From Polyangiales bacterium (GTDB lineage Bacteria > Myxococcota_A > Polyangia > Polyangiales > Polyangiaceae): a stretch of 64,000 bases of DNA. Shown here one piece after another: positions 61,447 through 64,000 of the stretch. Location: positions 37,879-101,878 of the forward strand of contig JBBRNJ010000025.1 of the NCBI GenBank assembly GCA_038230375.1, read 5' to 3'. Numbering within the stretch: position 1 is the stretch's first letter; every line of letters begins with the position of its first letter. The notes beneath the pieces are model-generated. The model did no database searches, was not told the origin of the DNA, and saw nothing but the letters and a program-made list of their open reading frames with translations. The position numbers and the translations under genes are program-made.

Positions 61447-61938
61447 TCAGTCCGCCATGCGCGCTGCCATCCCGAGGTCCACTTGCGTGAGATCGAGCTC
61501 GGGCGTCGTGCCGCGTGACGCCAGCGCGAACAGCTCCAGCACCTCGGGATGACGCAGCGGAAGGCGCGCGAGCTCACCGAACGTGAGCCATCGCGCCTCC
61601 AGGCTGTGCCTGTCCGCGAAGGTCTTCGGCGCAATGGACAGGCCCACGGGCCGCGCCGCGAGCACGAACCGAAGCCAGGCGCTCGGCACCTCCTCACCCA
61701 CCTCTGGCGGATACCACTGCTGCTCCAGGCGCAGCAACGCAAACGGCTGCACCAGCACGCCTGCCTCCTCCATGGTCTCGCGCACCGCGGCCTCCGCGAT
61801 GGTCTCGCCCGCCTCGAGCCGGCCCGCTGGCGCGTACCAGCCCTGGTTGCCCTTGCGCTCGCGGACGGCCAGGAATCGCCCCTGGTGCTGGACGATGGTG
61901 AACACGAAGAACGACGTCGGGATCGATCGCTTGCCCAT
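61447..61938 (-). CDS. NUDIX hydrolase
   Basis: GRLEAGETIAEAAVRETMEEAG Nudix box. Confidence 0.92.
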   Translation of the reverse strand: MGKRSIPTSFFVFTIVQHQGRFLAVRERKGNQGWYAPAGRLEAGETIAEAAVRETMEEAGVLVQPFALLRLEQQWYPPEVGEEVPSAWLRFVLAARPVGLSIAPKTFADRHSLEARWLTFGELARLPLRHPEVLELFALASRGTTPELDLTQVDLGMAARMAD

Positions 61939-61992
61939 GCATTCATCGTGACGTGGCAATTCGTGCATGCCACGCATCTATTGCCGCATGTT

Positions 61993-62009
61993 CGTGCGTT
62001 TTTTGCACG
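61993..62009. promoter_or_regulatory. LysR-type T-N11-A palindromic site between the divergent Nudix and LysR genes
   Basis: CGTGC-GTTTTTT-GCACG containing T61995-N11-A62007. Confidence 0.6.
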
Positions 62010-62028
62010 TCCATGAGACGCTGCGAGG

Positions 62029-62943
62029 ATGCGGGAGCTCCCTCCGTACCCCGGCGACCTGTTCGAGCACCTCCGCGCATTTGCCACGCTCGCGCGGCTC
62101 GTGGAGCAGCGCGCGGGGTCCGCTTACACACGCGCTGCGCAGGCCGTGTCACTGGACGTGAGCGTGCTTCGGCGACGCATGCACGCGCTCGAGGCGTACG
62201 CGGGCTCGCCGCTCCTCGAGGGACACGGGGCAGGCCTTGCGCTGACGCCTGCAGGGGCGCACGTGCTGACGGTCGCCACGCGGGCGGGCGCGCTCGCCGC
62301 CGAGCTGCGCGCAGGTCGCAGGGAGCGCGGTCGCCTTCGCGTTGCGTGCACGGGTGCTTTCCTCTCCGAGATCCTGCCCGGCGTGCTTCGCCGCCTGCGC
62401 GCGGAGTTTCCTGACCTGGAGCTGCAGGTGTCGCGGCGCGGGTCTCACGCATGCCGCTCATTGCTGCGCGACGGCGAGCTGGACGTGGCGATCGTCCGCT
62501 CCGAGGCGCGTCCGGTCGGCCTGTCTTCCGCGTTCGTGGGCAAGGACCGCTTCTTCGTCGCCCTCTCCCGGAAAAGCGCGCTCGCGAAGCGACGAAAGCT
62601 CAACGCGGAGCAGCTCGCGAAGGAGCCGCTGATCGGCTACACGCTGCCGTCCTTCACGATGGAGCGCGTGAGCCGGGTCCTGTCGCCGCTGGGCGCGGCC
62701 CCGTGGATCGACGTGCAGGGCAAGGCCGCCGCGCTCGCCTACGTGGCAGAGGGTCTGGGCATCGCGTTCGTCTCGGCCCTCCACTCTCAGCTGCCGTCGC
62801 ATCGCGGCGTGGTGGTGCGCGACGTGACGGCGCTCTTCCCACCCGCATCCTTCTGGCTCGTGTGGAGGGCCCCGCAGCTCACCGCCTGGGAGAGCGCGTT
62901 CGTCGCGGAGGTCCGTCGAAAGAGCGCTACACTCGCGCCATGA
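62029..62943 (+). CDS. LysR-family transcriptional regulator
   Basis: YTRAAQAVSLDVSVLRRRMHALE HTH; LTPAG; GELDVAI; VAEGLGIA. Confidence 0.9.
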   Translation: MRELPPYPGDLFEHLRAFATLARLVEQRAGSAYTRAAQAVSLDVSVLRRRMHALEAYAGSPLLEGHGAGLALTPAGAHVLTVATRAGALAAELRAGRRERGRLRVACTGAFLSEILPGVLRRLRAEFPDLELQVSRRGSHACRSLLRDGELDVAIVRSEARPVGLSSAFVGKDRFFVALSRKSALAKRRKLNAEQLAKEPLIGYTLPSFTMERVSRVLSPLGAAPWIDVQGKAAALAYVAEGLGIAFVSALHSQLPSHRGVVVRDVTALFPPASFWLVWRAPQLTAWESAFVAEVRRKSATLAP

Positions 62944-63812
62944 GGGGAGGCGCGACTGTGCGAGCGGTGACAGCAGGCTGCGCCTTCGTCTTTGGTGCAG
63001 CGGCGCTGACCGCATGCAGCGTGCTCGTCGGACTGAATGGCCTCGCCGGGACAGCGGACGCAGCCGCGGGGGATGCGCAGGCCGCGGATGCCAGCGCGGA
63101 GGGCGCGAGCAGCACGGACGCGTCCCAAACGCTGGACGGCGGCGTCGACGGCGCGACCAACGACTGCCCGAGCACGGCCGGCGAAATGATCCGCGTGGAC
63201 GGCTACTGCATCGACGCGACGGAGGTGACCAACGATGAGTATGGGAAGTTCATCGTCGCCAAGAACGGCAACACCGCCGGGCAACCCACGGCATGCGCAT
63301 GGAACACCGCCTACGCCCCTTCCTGCGCGCAGCTGGTGAAGACAGCAAAGTCACCAGTGAGCTGCATCGACTGGTGCGACGCCTATGCGTTCTGCGCGTG
63401 GGCAGGCAAGCGACTCTGCGGGCGAATCGGCGGCGGCCCCACGGCCTTGGCGGACCTGGCGTCCGCAAACGTGGACTAGTGGTACCGCGCATGCTCCCGC
63501 GCCGGGCAGCAGGCAGAGCCGTACGGCAACTCGTTCCGCGCGGGCCTCTGCAACGACCTGTCGCGCGGACTCGGCATGCCTGTCGACGTCGCTTCGTCGG
63601 CTGACTGCGAGGGCGGCTACCCCGGCCTCTTCGACATGATGGGCAACGTGGTGGAGTGGGTCGACAGCTGTGACTCGCAGGGGGGCGCAACCGATAGCTG
63701 CTACATCCGCTCGAGCGCCTTCGATGACAACAACTCCACTTGTTCCGACAAGGCCACCCAGAACCGCGACAGCGCCGACAACACCAAGGGCTTCCGTTGC
63801 TGCGCGATGTAG
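62940..63812 (+). pseudogene. FGE-sulfatase (SUMF1) domain lipoprotein interrupted by an in-frame TAG at 63477-63479
   Basis: LTAC lipobox; IDATEVT, PVSCIDWCDAYAFCAWAGKRLC, then VD*WYRAC, continuing in frame to DMMGNVVEW...GFRCC. Confidence 0.85.
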
Positions 63813-63888
63813 TGCCCCGTCGGGTGTCACGAAGCGTGTTACCGAGCCCAGGGAATGAACGCTCGAGCGCGGGCGTTGGCGCTCCGTC

Positions 63889-64000
63889 GTGAAGTCCCGA
63901 TGCCACGCCATGCTGCTCTTGCCGTCGCTCCTTCTCGGGGCATCGTGCAAGGAAGCGCCGCGCGTGACGCCCGAGATCACGGCAGCCGCAAGCGCAGCCC
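63889..64000 (+). CDS. 5' end of a putative lipoprotein running off the window
   Basis: GTG start, MKSRCHAMLLLPSLLLGASCKEAPR... lipobox-like. Confidence 0.45.
   Translation, partial: MKSRCHAMLLLPSLLLGASCKEAPRVTPEITAAASAA

Overview
GC-rich chromosomal window whose gene content points to a myxobacterium, probably Polyangiaceae/Labilitrichaceae-like (inference from three Hanks-type Ser/Thr kinases, many Cys/Gly-rich lipoproteins, and an ECF sigma/FecR pair beside a TPR-PEGA gene). No rRNA, tRNA, CRISPR array or mobile element was recognised. Main blocks: (i) an F7-type chemosensory operon at 14.6-23.2 kb (STAS-cheY-cheA-cheW-cheR::cheD fusion-cheB-MCP with a GYEEF pentapeptide-pseudo-receiver/CheX hybrid); (ii) an atypical alpha-2-macroglobulin-like lipoprotein; (iii) cobB, acs and glnB-glnA, with a cytochrome P460-like lipoprotein directly after glnA; (iv) a divergent envelope-signalling locus at 50.5-56.6 kb. 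In that locus a membrane Ser/Thr kinase and a FecR-type anti-sigma factor end in the identical nonapeptide PYPEFGRRK, encoded with only synonymous differences, next to a secreted TPR-PEGA protein. This is the best candidate for an undescribed system: one peptide-docking receptor feeding both a kinase and an ECF sigma factor. Several genes are broken by deletions, a frameshift or an in-frame stop. All product calls come from motif recognition by eye; no database searches were run.
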